Notes: generated from the letters alone by a model not told the origin. DNA of 64,000 bases from Mytilus edulis (GCF_963676685.1 NC_092348.1:20150001-20214000), one strand, 5' to 3'. Positions 37,901-51,473 are shown, numbered from the stretch's first letter. Made by a program: numbers and translations.

Positions 37901-40900
37901 CTCACTAGTGGTAGCAAGAATCCGATGTGGATATCAAAACAACCTAACGATCTTTTATAGAACATCTTTTCTGTTTCAATAATATCGAACATTTGCTAGT
38001 TAATCAAAAGTGTCAAGTGGAGAATTAAAATCATCACTTCAAAAATATACGGACGCTAGCACGAGTTGGTTGACTGTTATAGAATATCTCCGATGACAAC
38101 AGATGTGTTTTAACTGTTTTTCTCGAATGAAGCCTACCCACTTAGACTTATTAACGGGTTTTTACTTACATGAAAAACACTACAATGACATCTTTTGATC
38201 AGAATCTAATTACCCTTCCATTGCACACGATAACACCCCCAGATTATTATGGGGTTGTTGTTGCTCAGTCCTAAGTCGTCTTGTTAGTGTTTTGTGTATT
38301 AATGTTTGTCCTTTTGTCGTTTTCGTATTTTCCCATGGCGTTGTTCAAAATACACATATGACTACTTGTAAACAAATGACGCGATGCCTTTTCCGTTATC
38401 ATAATTTTGTTTTGTTTTGCATTTTAGTTTTTTGATTGTACATTTGAATTTAGTTTTATATGGAACACATTACACTTCTTGAAATTTCAATTGTTCAAGC
38501 AATAATATAAATTCTCTGCCGTCTTGTCAAGCATACGTATTATACGAATGTAATAATTTTTATAAATGAAAGCAGCTAAATACTTTTTTGCGGCGATTCT
38601 AACATACGTACATGATGGCGGACCACGTGCTCGTATATTTCGGACAGGTGTCTTTTTACACTTCAAACATACACATCGTACAATCAAAATAACAATCACC
38701 ATAAGAACCATTCCACCTGCTATGGAGGCAATAATAATTGTAACCCTGAAAAATAAAATAAAATCCCTCTTGAAAAAAAACACAGAGTTGAATGCCTTTT
38801 CACACTAATTTTTAAAATAACTTACCACTTCTTGCATAGACAATTGCAATTGCTGATCTAACACAACAGTAAATTGGATAAATATGGTTAACGCACTTTA
38901 AAAAGAAAGTCCTCATGTAAAGTAGCACCACATTCTGAAATTAACTTCTAATCAGTTATTCTGTGAAAGATATTTTCAATTAACCTTAGAGTGTAGATTA
39001 AACTTGATAAAAAAAGAAAAGTGAGGAATATGAGAGGGAATTTGTTTTAAGTCTCTAAACATCACCACTTATTCCAATATCTACAAAATGTTACACGAAT
39101 AACACACCTTATGTCGCTTTTTTCACGTAGAACAAAACTTTTGGGAAGCCTTATAAACTATATTCATTTTGTTATTAAAATGTGTTTTTTGTTTTTTTCT
39201 CTCAATGTTTTTGTAATAAAAATTAAACAACATTGGAAAGACATCCTTTCTTGTCTAACGAATAATGTAGAACAATACCAACAAAATTTCAGCTCATAAT
39301 ATAAGCTCGCCGAAATGTTTAATGAAACTTTTGTGGTTTGTGAAACATAATATTAATCAACTTGAACAACTGAATCCAAGTCAGATCTGAATCACCATGT
39401 TTTATTAAATTTTAAAATTTGCATCTGTTATTCGTTATATTTTATTTATTTTGGTTACGAGCTATATACTACGTGATATGCTTCAGATGTGTACAGCACA
39501 ACAAAAGATACAACTATTTGATATTTAAAATGCCTGATACATCCGAGATTTTACTATACAAATACTTGATACATGTAGCATGTGTTAGAAAAAGTAAAAT
39601 AACAAAAATACCGAGAAATATTGAAATCGAAAAGACCCTAATCATAGGCAAAATAAAAAGCCAAAAGACACATCACACGAATGGATAACAACTATATTCC
39701 TTACTTTGTACAGACATTTTCTGATGTAAACAATGGTGAATTAAACCTGCTTTTATTTATTTCTAAACCTCTCACTATTGTGACAGTCGTTAAAGATTCC
39801 ATTATATTGACAACAATGTGATAACAAAACAAAAACACATAATAGGTAAAATTTCAAAATTAGAGGTACAACAGTCCACATTGTATTAAAATCTTAATCA
39901 CAATAAAAACAACACTAAATACATTATAAAAATGAAACAGAATTTCACAATGAAATGAATATAAACACATTTAATTCGTATGAAGCGTAAAACATACACG
40001 TATAATCGTAGAGCAAGGTAATTAACAGACTAAATCTGAACTGTATAATCAAGATAGTATCTAAATCAAGTAATTAAAGTCTTGCCATAAGTATTTCCTT
40101 CTTTTGACATGTATGAATACCTAGTATAACCTCGTTTGACAAATTGACAAATTTGGAAATTAGAATAATTTATGTTTTTGAATACAATCACCTTTTAAGT
40201 TATCAGATAATACACAAAAATGATCGTGACGCATCTTGCAGGCGCTATGCCAGATGTAATAATTGATAGTTAAATGTATTTTCCGATTCTGTTTTGTACA
40301 ATTTTTGCCAAATACATGTTTAAATTCATTCTATTCTACTTAGTATCAGGTTAACAAGTCCCCAGACGACTTTTTGAATAAAGGATTAGTATAAACTGAA
40401 GTCGTCTTCCTATTGTCCGTTTTTTTCAAATATCTTTCATCCCGAATGCCCAATATGAAATCACGAGTAGAAAATTGATTTAACAAATCTGTAAAACAAA
40501 ATCTGTAAGAGACCTTACACTACCAAACTTTAAGACAATTATACAATTGACATCAAAGGTAAAAAAAAAAAAAAGGAGAAACAGAAGACTCAAGGAAAAA
40601 TTAAAAAAGCCTGTCTTCTAAAAACAGAACATTAAGTGACAATGACGTTGATGGTTGAGAAAAAGCGACAAGCCAACACAGCAACAAAATGAGTGTAATG
40701 GTTAAATTTCGTGTGCAGATTAAAAGAAGATTAAGTTACCGACAATCTCTGCTAACAGCCTATATTAAATTTCGGAAATACAATTTTGCAGTTTTATATC
40801 AAAATTTATAAGTCAGTTTTTTGTCTATTTTAATTGCTAGCTAAATGGCATTTCAAGTCTCTTACACAAACAACGATATTTTATTTTTGTTTTGTCTGTT

Positions 40901-43514
40901 AAACTGCTGGTAGGTTTTGTTAATTTAAATATCTGATCCAGTCATTTTGTTCTCTCGAATTAGCATATACATTTCGTTGATATGTACCTTTAATCATCTC
41001 GTATATGACCTGTTGCAAGGTATAATTTGTCCCCTAATCCAACACATCTTTTCTTGTTGGTATTGAAAATCCACTAAATAGTTTCTACCTATTATATTTA
41101 TTGTTAACTTAATCTAAATTTAAGTGAAATATTTGCCGCTGATCTTCAAAAGATATCTTGAAACGGATTTTTAAACAACAATTTTTTAAGATATTGTGAT
41201 TATAATTAAATCGACCTTACTAACAAAATAACAGCATGTTATCCTTTCATCAGACATTGCCGAATGGTGCGTTTGAAAGAAAATGGGAAGGTAGATAATT
41301 GTGAATTTTCTTGATTGTAACCGCTTACTTAGAAACATTGGTAATGTGGTTTATTTGATATGCAAGTGAACTGGACAATTTGAATATAAAATTGATATAG
41401 CATTTCTTCTAATAAAAAGATGTAAAACTGAATGTCAAGCTTGGTGATTTATAGACTACTATACAATCACTTGCTTGTCACATTTTGAGGTCTAGGTACT
41501 TTTACTCGTGATAAAAAATTACAAAAAACGGGTAACTTTTTTAATTCTGTATTTGCGCAGATAACTTACACGTAATCGACATCTTGTTGAGCAGTGGAAG
41601 AAGCTGCTTTTACACCTGTACTACCTGAAATAATATAAATACGTGTGTTAACTAACTTCAATAACATGCAAAGGGGATCAAATATCAACACATATGTATG
41701 TTATAACTCCAGTCGGTAAATTATTCAATTGGTACTCAATGTCTCTGGTCGTTTCTTTTTTTATAACAATTAAATACAAAATTAGTTCAATGATCTTTCA
41801 TTTTGATCAATGTTACAGTTTATACGGTACATGGGTTACACAGAAGAGTTGCAATAACATTTAGAAGTTTATCAAAATATTGTTGGACCATTAAGCAATG
41901 TTTAATCTAATATAAGAACCGCTGTTTATAGTGTGAGAAACTTTATGTCTTGGTCAGTTATAGTTATATTGGAGTAGTAGCTTGAAGTAACAAGTTGTAA
42001 TATAGATGAGAATGAAGTAACAAGTTAAATTAGAAATTATATTGTGAACCTTTATATTTATATGATACATGTACTGCTATATGAATATCTATACGAATAA
42101 ACATGTCAATATTAAACGGACTTCGTTACTAGTATATAGACAGTGGTGATGTTATATAAATGTATATTGTGACATTTTTAATAGCTAGTTCCCTATATTA
42201 ACGGGTGAGGTGGACAAGGTCACGGATACATAGATCCGAAATAATGAGCAGTCCGAAAAATACACAGAACAAATACCCGTTATTCGAAACAATGAAAGAG
42301 ACACAAAACATAAACGGAAGAAAGACCTGTTACATTTGATTGAGGTACCTGAAGTCATAATGCTATCCGAATGTGTAAAGGATGCAAAATTGGGACGATT
42401 GTGCCGAGTCATGGCGTGTGTGGAAAGCATAGACAATTTGCGTTTCCATTCAAGCGTAACAATAGAATAAATGAAGTGGAGAGTGTATGCCGCGGAGAAT
42501 TGAATTAGGATGACTTTGTTACGTATTTATGTAAGTGACTTGATGTAAATATTTGTGAACTTTTGTGTCAGTCAATTCTTGTCTTTGTTATTTGGAAACG
42601 CATTATATTCAAACTGTGAAGAACGCTCGTGCGAATTTTCAATGACTAGAAACCCGAGATGACTCTGAGATGTTACAAAAGACTAGCAGTAAACGTATAT
42701 ATCGAAACTTCTTTTGATGTCTATAAATGTCAAATAAGATGCCAAAAATGTGGACTTCTTTTGTTGGTTTCTTATTTGGCGTATGATTTTTTTCCTTTAT
42801 TTTCCTTTTTATAAAAGCTAGACTTAATCAATGTGACAGTACCCTAACAATACCTTCCCTCTTCTTAATATTAAAACAGATGTATCTTCCAGATCTGTAT
42901 GAACCCCTCAAAATATTTTTTTTTATTTAATAACAATAATAACTGTGCTATGGACAAAAAAGCAGGAAGTTAAAATGCAATGAGACAGCAACCAAAAGTA
43001 ACAGTTTATACTTTGTATTCAAACTATTTGACGTAGCAATCTAAGAGTTTCACTTTGGAATCCACATCAATTGAAATACTGTTTTCTATTCATTAGTCTC
43101 ATTGTGGGTCTTATATCACCACTTTACTTCACCGTGAGTAGACTAAGGCGATGACATGGTTTTTTTGTGTGGCGAAAAGGAGTACAGGATGGCATAATAC
43201 TTAGTCGTATAAAATGATCATTTTCATCTGTTGATATGACGGCTTATCTATTTTCACCATTGTACACAATAATATCTTTTACTTATTTTTTCAGAATATT
43301 GACCTTTATACTTTCTAGTGAAGATTGTATCGTTTTAGTTCTCAACAGGTCATGGTATTCTCCAGTTTGTGCCTTCCCCTACCATCATCCGAAAATCAAT
43401 TGTCGATTCCCTAACCTCGTTTACTAAAAAGATACACATAAATAATCACTTTTAAACTCCTTTATACTTACCTAAATGAAATAGAAATAACCATCCTAAA
43501 AAAATATATACCAT
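34949..43514 (-). CDS. Small type I membrane protein with three PPxY motifs, 119 aa; complement(join(34949..35076,38612..38745,41570..41624,43472..43514))
   Basis: Four exons of 43+55+134+128=360 nt. Donors GTAAGT, GTAAGT, GTACGT; acceptors TTTCAG, TTTCAG, TAACAG; phases 1, 2, 1 all compatible. Product MVYIFLGWLFLFHLGSTGVKAASSTAQQDVDYVVTIIIASIAGGMVLMVIVILIVRCVCLKCKKTPVRNIRARGPPSYEDTRRPYRLPAPPAYSPRNYNYPSHPPPAYETHISLPGVTE. Confidence 0.8.
35705..36920 (+). mobile_element. 5'-truncated Penelope-like retroelement (Naiad-type): RT C-terminus plus 3' region
   Basis: 35705-36283 translates LTLNKAN...PFLDLDI...KIYDKRDDFSFPIVNYPFLDGDVPLSPSYGVYISQLVRFARVC... in one frame, with internal TAA (35951) and TGA (36059). 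The ORF ends after the RT thumb with no C-terminal GIY-YIG, as in permuted-domain PLEs. Confidence 0.8.
36334..36400 (+). promoter_or_regulatory. SECIS element (type II) in the 3' UTR of the PLE
   Basis: Helix I TCATAT/ATATGA; core ATGAT(36345)...TGAT(36387); 11-bp helix II GGTATGATACT/AGGATTGTGCC (10 of 11 paired including G-U); unpaired AAA at 36361; apical mini-stem CCC/GGG. Lies ~60 nt after the ORF stop. Confidence 0.75.
36960..37680 (+). mobile_element. Second, more decayed PLE RT C-terminal fragment (different family) plus 3' region
   Basis: Reads MYVKRDEF/NFKIINLPHL...IP.SSAYELYISQLIQYARSC...LVDKYDVSASQIIHD with a frameshift and stops; homologous to the adjacent RT segment. Confidence 0.7.
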
Positions 43515-45244
43515 ATTACAACATGTACTACACAGTAGGCACCAGTTATTTAGAGTCTTCCATATTTAATCACGACTTCTATACAAATGTCATATATTTA
43601 AAGTATCTGAATATTCGTCTGCTTTGATATTATCATTTTATTTTTTGTGTATATGTATATTTTAATTATAGATTTAAATCTTAAACAGTATTGTCGAAGA
43701 ACAACTGTATATATATATATTTGAACCATATAATAAAATAAGTTGAAATAAGTATTTAAACTTTTGAGGCCACGAATTGGTTAACTTTGATGGTTCGTCT
43801 GATTAAGGTATTTACCCGAACATTTCTAATAAATGGGTTCACTAATGGTACCATGATCTTATGAAGAGAACTATAATAGATATCACTGAGGCTTGTCTAG
43901 TTTAGTCTAATTTCATTTACCGGACATGGAAATGTTTTAAACATTAACGTTCAAAGTGAAATAACTATGCAATACCTTCCAGATTTGACACCTTCGTGTC
44001 TGCTAACATCCAATCTAATTTTAATTTTAATTTATTAAAATTATTTCAGAGTTATTAGGCATACACAAATTGTCAATGAAATATTAACCTTTACATGATC
44101 AGTGACAATTGTAAGAAGTGAGCACTGAGACAGTGATGTATCTCCTTTTGTCTGTGTCGAACTTTTTTATAATGTCGACTGTTTTCTAATTACATTTTTT
44201 TTTTGTTCTTAGCATTAAGAGAGACATATATTATATAGTACGAAGCATAATCAGTGTCTGTCCTAAAAAAATTAAATTGATACACAAATTTTACATCACC
44301 CGGAAAATACCTTTTTGAGAAATTTTAAAGGAAAATTTTAGAAATTTGATTTCAAAATTGCTCCTTAATTTGTTGTTTAAATATAAGATAAGGTATATTA
44401 TTCAATGTTTAGTGCATTTGAATGATAAGATACTATTAAAAAAAAAACCTCTTGATCCGATCAGAAACCATGCTCTTTCAGTTTCGCTGTATAATCCTAA
44501 ACTAAAAGCTAAACAAAAGACGGTCAAAGTTCTGTTTTCTTTTTCATTGTAAAATAAAGTAATGTATACACGATGTAGACAGCTATTACTCTGTAAATTG
44601 TAACAGACACGGAATTATTCTATTTCGATTTATAAAACATTTGCCAATGAAATCACCTGGTTTTATTGGTAATTAACAATACAGGGAAGAACCTTAGTGA
44701 CATTGTTGTAACATTAAGGGGCTTTGTTAACAACTACTAGTGAAATAAAGTATCTGAAGTTGAAAAAAAATCACAATCAGTGCATCCCGAGATAGAGTTT
44801 GACTAGAGTTAACATACAGGGAGAAAAGATACAAGGAGGGCAATGGAACATCATGATCTCAACAACACGAACAGATGAAGGATGTTCGGCGCCTGACAGA
44901 GTGTAACATATACGACTAAGACAGTTAAAACAATAATGCTCATTAGTAACGCAAAATAGGACTTCATGATTTCCTTGTTGAGGGTTAAATCCATTCAAGG
45001 AAACCTTTGCATTGGATTCCAAATTGTTATATTTAATTTGTTCATTCAAGTGTTTGATGGACATCATTCATCACAAATCCTTAACAACTGAGTTCATTCC
45101 AGTTTTTGGTGAGATTTGGAGTCGTGTTGCACAATTTTTTTTTGTAATGTCTGTAATCGATGTTTGTTTTTTGTAGTCATGGCGTCGTCAGCTCTTATCA
45201 AATTTTTGAACTTATTTCTCGATACACTCATGAGTCAAGTCATC

Positions 45245-45475
45245 ACAAAACTTTTAAATTTTTGAAATACTAAGGAATTTCTACCTCAGGAACAGATTAC
45301 CTTAGCTGTATTTGGCAAAAATTTTAGGAATTTTGGCCTTCAATGCTTTTCAACTTCGTTCTTAATTTGGCCTGTTTAATTATTTTGGATTCGTCTCTGA
45401 TGAGTCTTCTATTGAGAAAAACGCTCGTCCTGGGGTAAATAAAAAATTAAATCCTGGTATCTGTGTTGAGTTTGT
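45245..45475 (+). repeat. Degenerate retrozyme-like fragment
   Basis: ATTACCTTAGCTGTATTTGGCAAAA...CTGATGAGTCTT; stem II and GAAA decayed. Confidence 0.65.
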
Positions 45476-45884
45476 TTCCAATTGATTTGTAATTGTTTTA
45501 CTGTTACATCGTTGTCCAGTGTAAGAAATGTGTTGAACGCTCACAATGAAATTGAGAATGCAAACATGAATAACTCACCAAAATGCTTTACAAATATGTT
45601 CAACAAACCAAATGCTTTACAAACATGTTTAACCAACGAAATGCTTTACAACCATGTTTAATTCCACCAATTTCGTTATATTACTGTCCGAATGCAGACG
45701 TTTTCTCACTGGTTGTCATTGGTTGCTGTATGATATTATATCTGTTTCTTGTTTATTTTGTGCCATGAATCAGGAGTTAATGTGTTTATTTTTTCGCGGT
45801 GGAATGTCATTTGCGTAATCTTACAATGTATCATGTCAGGGCCATTTAATAACTGACTTGTAGGTTTTTATCGCTATTGTATAT

Positions 45885-46085
45885 ATAAAAAAGAAGATGT
45901 GGTATGATTGCCAATGAGACAACTGTCCACAAGAGACCAAAATGACACAGACATTAACAATTATAGGTCACCGTACGGCCTTCAACAATGAGCAAAGCCA
46001 ATACCTCATAGTCAGCTATAAAAGGCCCCGATATGACAATGTAAAACAATTCAATCGAGAAAACTAACGGCCTTATTTAAATAAT
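45885..46085. repeat. Representative copy of a dispersed repeat family (also ~5245, 6820, 11990-12180, 20710, 52535-52800, 53400-53600, 58150-58360)
   Basis: Recurrent AAGATGTGGTATGA(T/G)TGCCAATGAGACAACT motif in both orientations. Confidence 0.7.
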
Positions 46086-46194
46086 TTTTGGTGACAATTA
46101 TTCATATCATGCTACCCGTTTGAGATTGAAAATTATAGTCAGAAACTAAGGGCGCACGCGGGTTTTCAATTTATACATAAACAACAAGCTGCGA

Positions 46195-47930
46195 ATAAAC
46201 TCATCATAGATACATGTACCAGGATTGAAATTTTGTATTTAATGCACCCGATGCGCGTTTTGTCTTCAAAAGACTTATCAGTGACCCTCGAATAAAAAAA
46301 GGCCAAATAATATACGAAGTTGAAGATCAGTTGGGAGCGAAAATTCCTTGAAGTTTTCTAAAATACAGCTTAGATAATCTATTCCTGGGGTAGAAAAAGT
46401 ATTTCAAAAATTCAAAGTTTAGTAAACAGTTAATTTAAACTTATGACCATATCAATGAAACATGAAACATGAAAACTTAATTAAACGCCTATTTCTACAT
46501 ATACAATATGTATTCAATGGCGTTGTACATAAATGACATATAAAATACAAAAATACTAAACAAAAATACAATATGTATGTACAATACCAAAAATTGAAAA
46601 TTTATACTGTGATACACAAGAAAAAAGTCAGAAAAGTTCAAAATAATTTTGGAAGTACAATGTTTTCAACCGACATTTAAAAATATCCAAAGATTCAGAG
46701 TTTCTTACATTTGTACCTAGTTCATTCCACCATTTTGGCCCAATAGTACTAAAGCTTCTATCTGAAAAAGTTTTCTTTTTGTTATATGGGACTGCATAAC
46801 AACCAATAGATGACTCTGACGACCTTAATGAACGTTTCGACACTTGAGGATTTAACAAATTGATCAAATATGACGGTGCATTACCTACATGACAGTTGTA
46901 CATATATGTTAAGATTTTAAATGTAATTCTGGCTTTGATCGGAAGCCAGTGTAAGTCAAACAATGCCTGCTTGGCACTGTCATACTTAGAACGGTTTAAC
47001 ACAAGTTTGGCACACATATTCTGTATACGTTGCAATTTATATAAATCAGTTTGTGAAACTCCAAAAAGTATAACATTGCAATAATCTAAATGTGAAATAA
47101 CCAAAGATAAGACCAAAGTTTCAGTTGCTTCTTTCGATAGATAGGATCTTATGCACTTTATTTTGTAGTAGTTCATCATTGCTGTCTTACATTTTTTAGT
47201 AATATGGTCTTTGAAGTTTAGAGTCTCATCCAGAAAAGCTCCTAAGTACCGTATACATGTTTTTGATTTTATAACATCTCCACAAATGATTTTTTCTTTT
47301 GTCTGACATTTAGAGAGTTGTTGTCAGCTGCCAAAGAGAATAAACTCTGTTTTCGCATTGTTCATTTTTAGTTTGTTACTGTTCATCCAGTTGTTTATAA
47401 GAACAGCGCAGTCCTGTAAGTCACGAATTGCATCCATCTCATTCGTTAATGTTGGCACGAAACGTTTATTAGCAGTATGGTCGTCGGCAAATCCGTACAC
47501 AGTAATAGATGGTGGAATAATGTCGAATAGGGTTCCGGCGTAGACTAAATAAAGCCAGGGACCTAAGCAACGATATCAATGATAGTTCGTGTCAGCACAG
47601 AAGTGTTGACTACATAGCTGGTGATACCCTCGAGGAAAAAAACCCACCAGCAGTGGCATCGACCCAGTGGTAGTAAATAAACTCATCAGTCAGATACCAG
47701 GGTTGACATTTTCTATTTTCACCAGACGCGCGTTTTGTCTTCAAAAGGCTAATCAGTGACGCTCACAAACGCTTAACAAAAGTTAAAAAAAAGCCACTTA
47801 AAGTAAAATGTCGAAGAGCATTGAGGACAAACTATTCCAAATACTAGTATTTTTGTCAAATACAGCTAAGGTAATCTATTCCTGAAGTAGAAGGCCTAAT
47901 ATTTCCAAAATCTAAAGTTTTGTAAACAGA
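46195..47930 (-). repeat. Retrozyme-like tandem array (~350-bp period) interrupted by an L2 LINE
   Basis: Degenerate HHRs at ~46250 and ~47725. Their spacing is ~351 bp once the LINE and one TSD copy are removed. Confidence 0.75.
46459..47572 (-). mobile_element. 5'-truncated L2-clade LINE (RT and C-terminus)
   Basis: LGPWLYLVY...YGFADDH...WMNSNKLKMNNAKTEFILFGS*...YLGAFLD...LDYCN...LQRIQN...LHWLPI...RSFS..GPKWWN. One TGA at 47324-47326, stop at 46628, 3' tail (TTTCATG)n, 10-bp TSD ATATCAATGA (46449-46458, 47573-47582). Confidence 0.9.
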
Positions 47931-48537
47931 AACACCCTCGATAATCTATAACAGTTCTATGAAATGCAAAGGATTTCATGCCTTAATCCAAATATCTCAC
48001 ACACAAAATATAACTTTAAAACATCAGAAGGATATTAATTCATAAATTTATAATAATTTCGATTTCAACTTTAATTGGCTTCATTAGATATTTTTAAATA
48101 TTATGCAACAATAAAAATCATTAGATACAATGGCGGCTATATTTCACACGCAAAATATGAAATCCATATAAAAGTTATGGAAAAATTTCCTGAATTTTCC
48201 TGAAAACGTGTTGCTTTTAAAATATGGAAGATATATCGATATGAGTGTGCACTATATTTTAAAAAAATACACTTAAGCTGGTACGATTTTTAAAAACAAA
48301 CTAAATTCTGCTTTAACATGAAGATACATAATGTTTGAAATTCATATTTTCTTGTTGTACGTGTCAAATTGTGTATGAACGGTGATAATTTTGCAAAACA
48401 TCCAACCTGATCATTTTTCATATAAGTGAATTAATATGTGTATACTGACAATTAACGAATTAAAGTGTCGTGCTAATACACTGGCTATGATGTAGTTAGA
48501 TGTGTCACTCTTTGCACAATTTTTAGGGGAAATTCCA

Positions 48538-48870
48538 AGGAGGGACGAAAGATACCAGAGGAACAGTCAAACGCATAGATTGAAAATTAACTAAACGCCA
48601 TGGTTAAAAATAAAAAAGACAAACAGAGAAATAATAGTACAGAAGACACAACATATCAAACTTAAGACTTAGCTTCATAAACCTCATCAAAAACTGGGGT
48701 GATCTAAGGGGCTCCCCGGAATGGTTAGCAGATCCTTCTTCACATGTGGTACCCGTCGTGTTGCTGATGTTATTACAAATCTGGTAAAAAGTATAATTCA
48801 GTAGATCACATTCGTGAAAGGGGAATTGTATTGTAGTTACCACATGTACACATATTCGATATCATCTATG
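48538..48870. repeat. Representative copy of a second dispersed repeat family (also ~2240-2575, 6600-6785, 17265-17400, 20900-21066, 27930-28070, 38050-38340)
   Basis: Recurrent GAGGGACGAAAGATACCAGAGG.ACAGTCAAA and CCCCACCAAAAACT.GGG.TGATC motifs. Confidence 0.7.
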
Positions 48871-49484
48871 AAAAGGTCAACTAAACATACGATGTAGCCA
48901 ACAATTTGTTAAAATAAACAAAAACAAAACAACAAAAGACTGAAATTATTTATAAAGTATTTATTTTTGTAATTGTTTGCTTTTTATTTTCGTATCGTAT
49001 AAACCTCTCATACTATGATGAAATATAAGTTGAAGTTTCGAAAGTTCTACTATGAAATTCAATGCAGATATGATTTTGTGACCATAATCGATTAAAACAA
49101 TGTGCTTTTTAATTGCCATAATGTATTTTTATTATTTTCTCCAATTCATCGTACTTTTAAAACTGTGGTCAACATTGCACAAAGAACTTTGATTTGCCAT
49201 TTCTACAAATATGTCTGTAACAGCAGCGTCACATTAGAGTCACACTATTTTCTACATAAGAATATGACTGTACCAAGTCATGAATATGACACTTGTTGTC
49301 CATTCGTTTGATGTGTTTGAGCTTTTGATTTTACCATTTGATAAGGGACTTTTCTTTTTTTTTAATTTTCCTCGGAGTTCAGTCTTTTTGTGATTTTACT
49401 TTTTTCTAGGGAAAAACAGGTTACTTTAAATAAGTATGACCATATATTTTTGGATACACCTAAACTAAATTTACGACAAATATT

Positions 49485-49960
49485 ACAAACTTCATCCCGG
49501 ATGCTTTGTTCTTGCTGTTTCAAATAAGTTTTGGATGTGTTTTCTCCCTGCTCCTGGTATTTAGCGAAGTTTTGACTCGTGCTTCGAATTTCGGTTTCAA
49601 GATCTGCTAGTGCAGTAGAAGTTTTAGATCCTTTTGCAACTTCGGACAGCTTAGATATTGTGCACTTACTGTGATGCTCTTGTAAACATTTAAGGCAAAG
49701 GATTCCGTCATGTTGTGAACAGAAAAAAAATCATATGGTTCTTTGTGATGCTCACACTTTTCATCAATGAACAGTTCTGTACTTTTCAAGTAGTCAGTTA
49801 TTGATATCAAGCGGTGGGATCGTAGTATTTTTGTCCTTTTACGATCGTTGATACATTCGTGACAGAAGCCCTCGCCACAACCATTGCACCAAACCTGAGC
49901 GGACCTTGAAAAACCATTATATCCACAAGGTTCACAACTAACTAGAGTACCCTCTGCCAT
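49485..49960 (-). pseudogene. Truncated, frameshifted paralogue of the B-box/coiled-coil/propeller gene
   Basis: High similarity to 56205-56673. +2 insertion in an A-run at ~49723. B-box His->Arg (CINDRKR vs CVKDHKR). Homology stops within the coiled coil and jumps to sequence matching the 3' flank at ~53620-53780. Confidence 0.9.
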
Positions 49961-50499
49961 ACTATACCTGTCGAACAACAAAATTGATTATGATCATGCT
50001 ATTTCAATGTATGAGTTCTATTGCAAAGAAGTCATTTCTTCCTATTGGCTTTTACCTAGAAAAGACATGAGAAATCCCAATAGCGTGGAGGTTTATTTCA
50101 TAGTTGCTTTTAATTGAGCAGTAAATACAGATTAAATGATACGCGCTATGCTATATTTATTTGTAACGGACATATTAGAACTGTGTATTTGTATGTACTA
50201 TATGCCAAATTTTAATTAATTCGAACGGACATTTCAATATGATACACAACAAAACAAAAAATCAGGTGTTTCAAACTTCAATGTAACCAGGAAGTAAGTG
50301 TAAAAGCTGACACAGAAAAGCGCCTCAAACGCACTGAATTTATAAGGTGGAAATTTCATTTCCACTATCATTAAATTATTCTGTAAATATTTTAAACATT
50401 GTATTTGCTATAGCTCTATTAAACAGTTTATCTTTCAAATCGAGAATCTTTCCACAATCAATCACTCGTTACCTGATAAAATTTGTGTATACTGGTACA

Positions 50500-51003
50500 G
50501 ATAAAATTTGTAAGGATGGAATTGAAGATGAGTTCCATTTCCTCATTCAATGTAAAGCGTTAGAACTTAATAGAAATGTACTCTTTTTTAATTTAAGCGA
50601 TATAGTTTCATCTTTTGTTAATATGTGTGAACAAGATAAGTTTAGTTTCATTTTGAAAAGTAATGATACGAACATTAGTACTGTAAGTGTAGCTGGAATA
50701 AGCGATATGTATGATTTGAACATTCATTCAAAGCAAACATAATGTTTTTAAGAGCTTTTATAGTATTAAAGCTGATTGCAATAGCTTGAATTAATAATAT
50801 TGTATGAATAACACCTCCACGCAATGTAAATATAAAATATGTATCTCTTATCATTATCATTGAGAAAATATGTTTGGTTGGGTTTTTTTTGTTTGTTTGT
50901 TTGTTTGTTTATTTTTGTCTTTGTATTTTGTTAATGTCGGCTGGTCTCATTTCTGTATAGGAATTTACACCAATAAAATTATTTGATTTGATTTGATTTG
51001 ATA
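50500..51003 (+). mobile_element. 3' end of a non-LTR retrotransposon (C-terminal Zn-knuckle-like region, 3'UTR, (ATTTG)n tail)
   Basis: KICKDGIEDEFHFLIQC motif, AATAAA then an ATTTG repeat tail. Absent at the paralogous site ~57980; GATAA microhomology at the ends. Confidence 0.75.
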
Positions 51004-51473
51004 ATAAAATCACGTGACAAATGAAAAAGTATGAATATTTAATGATAAAAGGTACACTAACTCTATCATATCATATATGATAAATTATATTTTTAAACAT
51101 GTATAGTTATAAAAATTAAATGACCAGATTTGATTTATATTCATATTCTCCTGTCATGAGATTTGATTTTAAAGGGTAAATAAAATTCAGTGTGATACTG
51201 TTCCAAAACTTATAGACAAGGTTGTATGTACATTATTGTTAATAACTGTACTGTTAGATACAAGAAGCAATGCTCATATGAAGAAACCTGGTCATACTGT
51301 TAATTGTTTGAAAATGCATTCACATCTGTTGATTTGACTGTGCTTACACCTACCAAATATACCAGGCTTATAGTTGTGAAAGCCAGACCTGCGTTTTGTC
51401 TACAAACGACCCTTCAGATGAACATTAAATTAATTCAATTTAGAATGAAGCTTGCATGAAATTAAATTGTCAA

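Noticed and set aside
47324-47326. In-frame TGA in the L2 RT as selenocysteine
   Set aside because: Best explained as CGA->TGA decay; no SECIS is seen in this element's 3'UTR.
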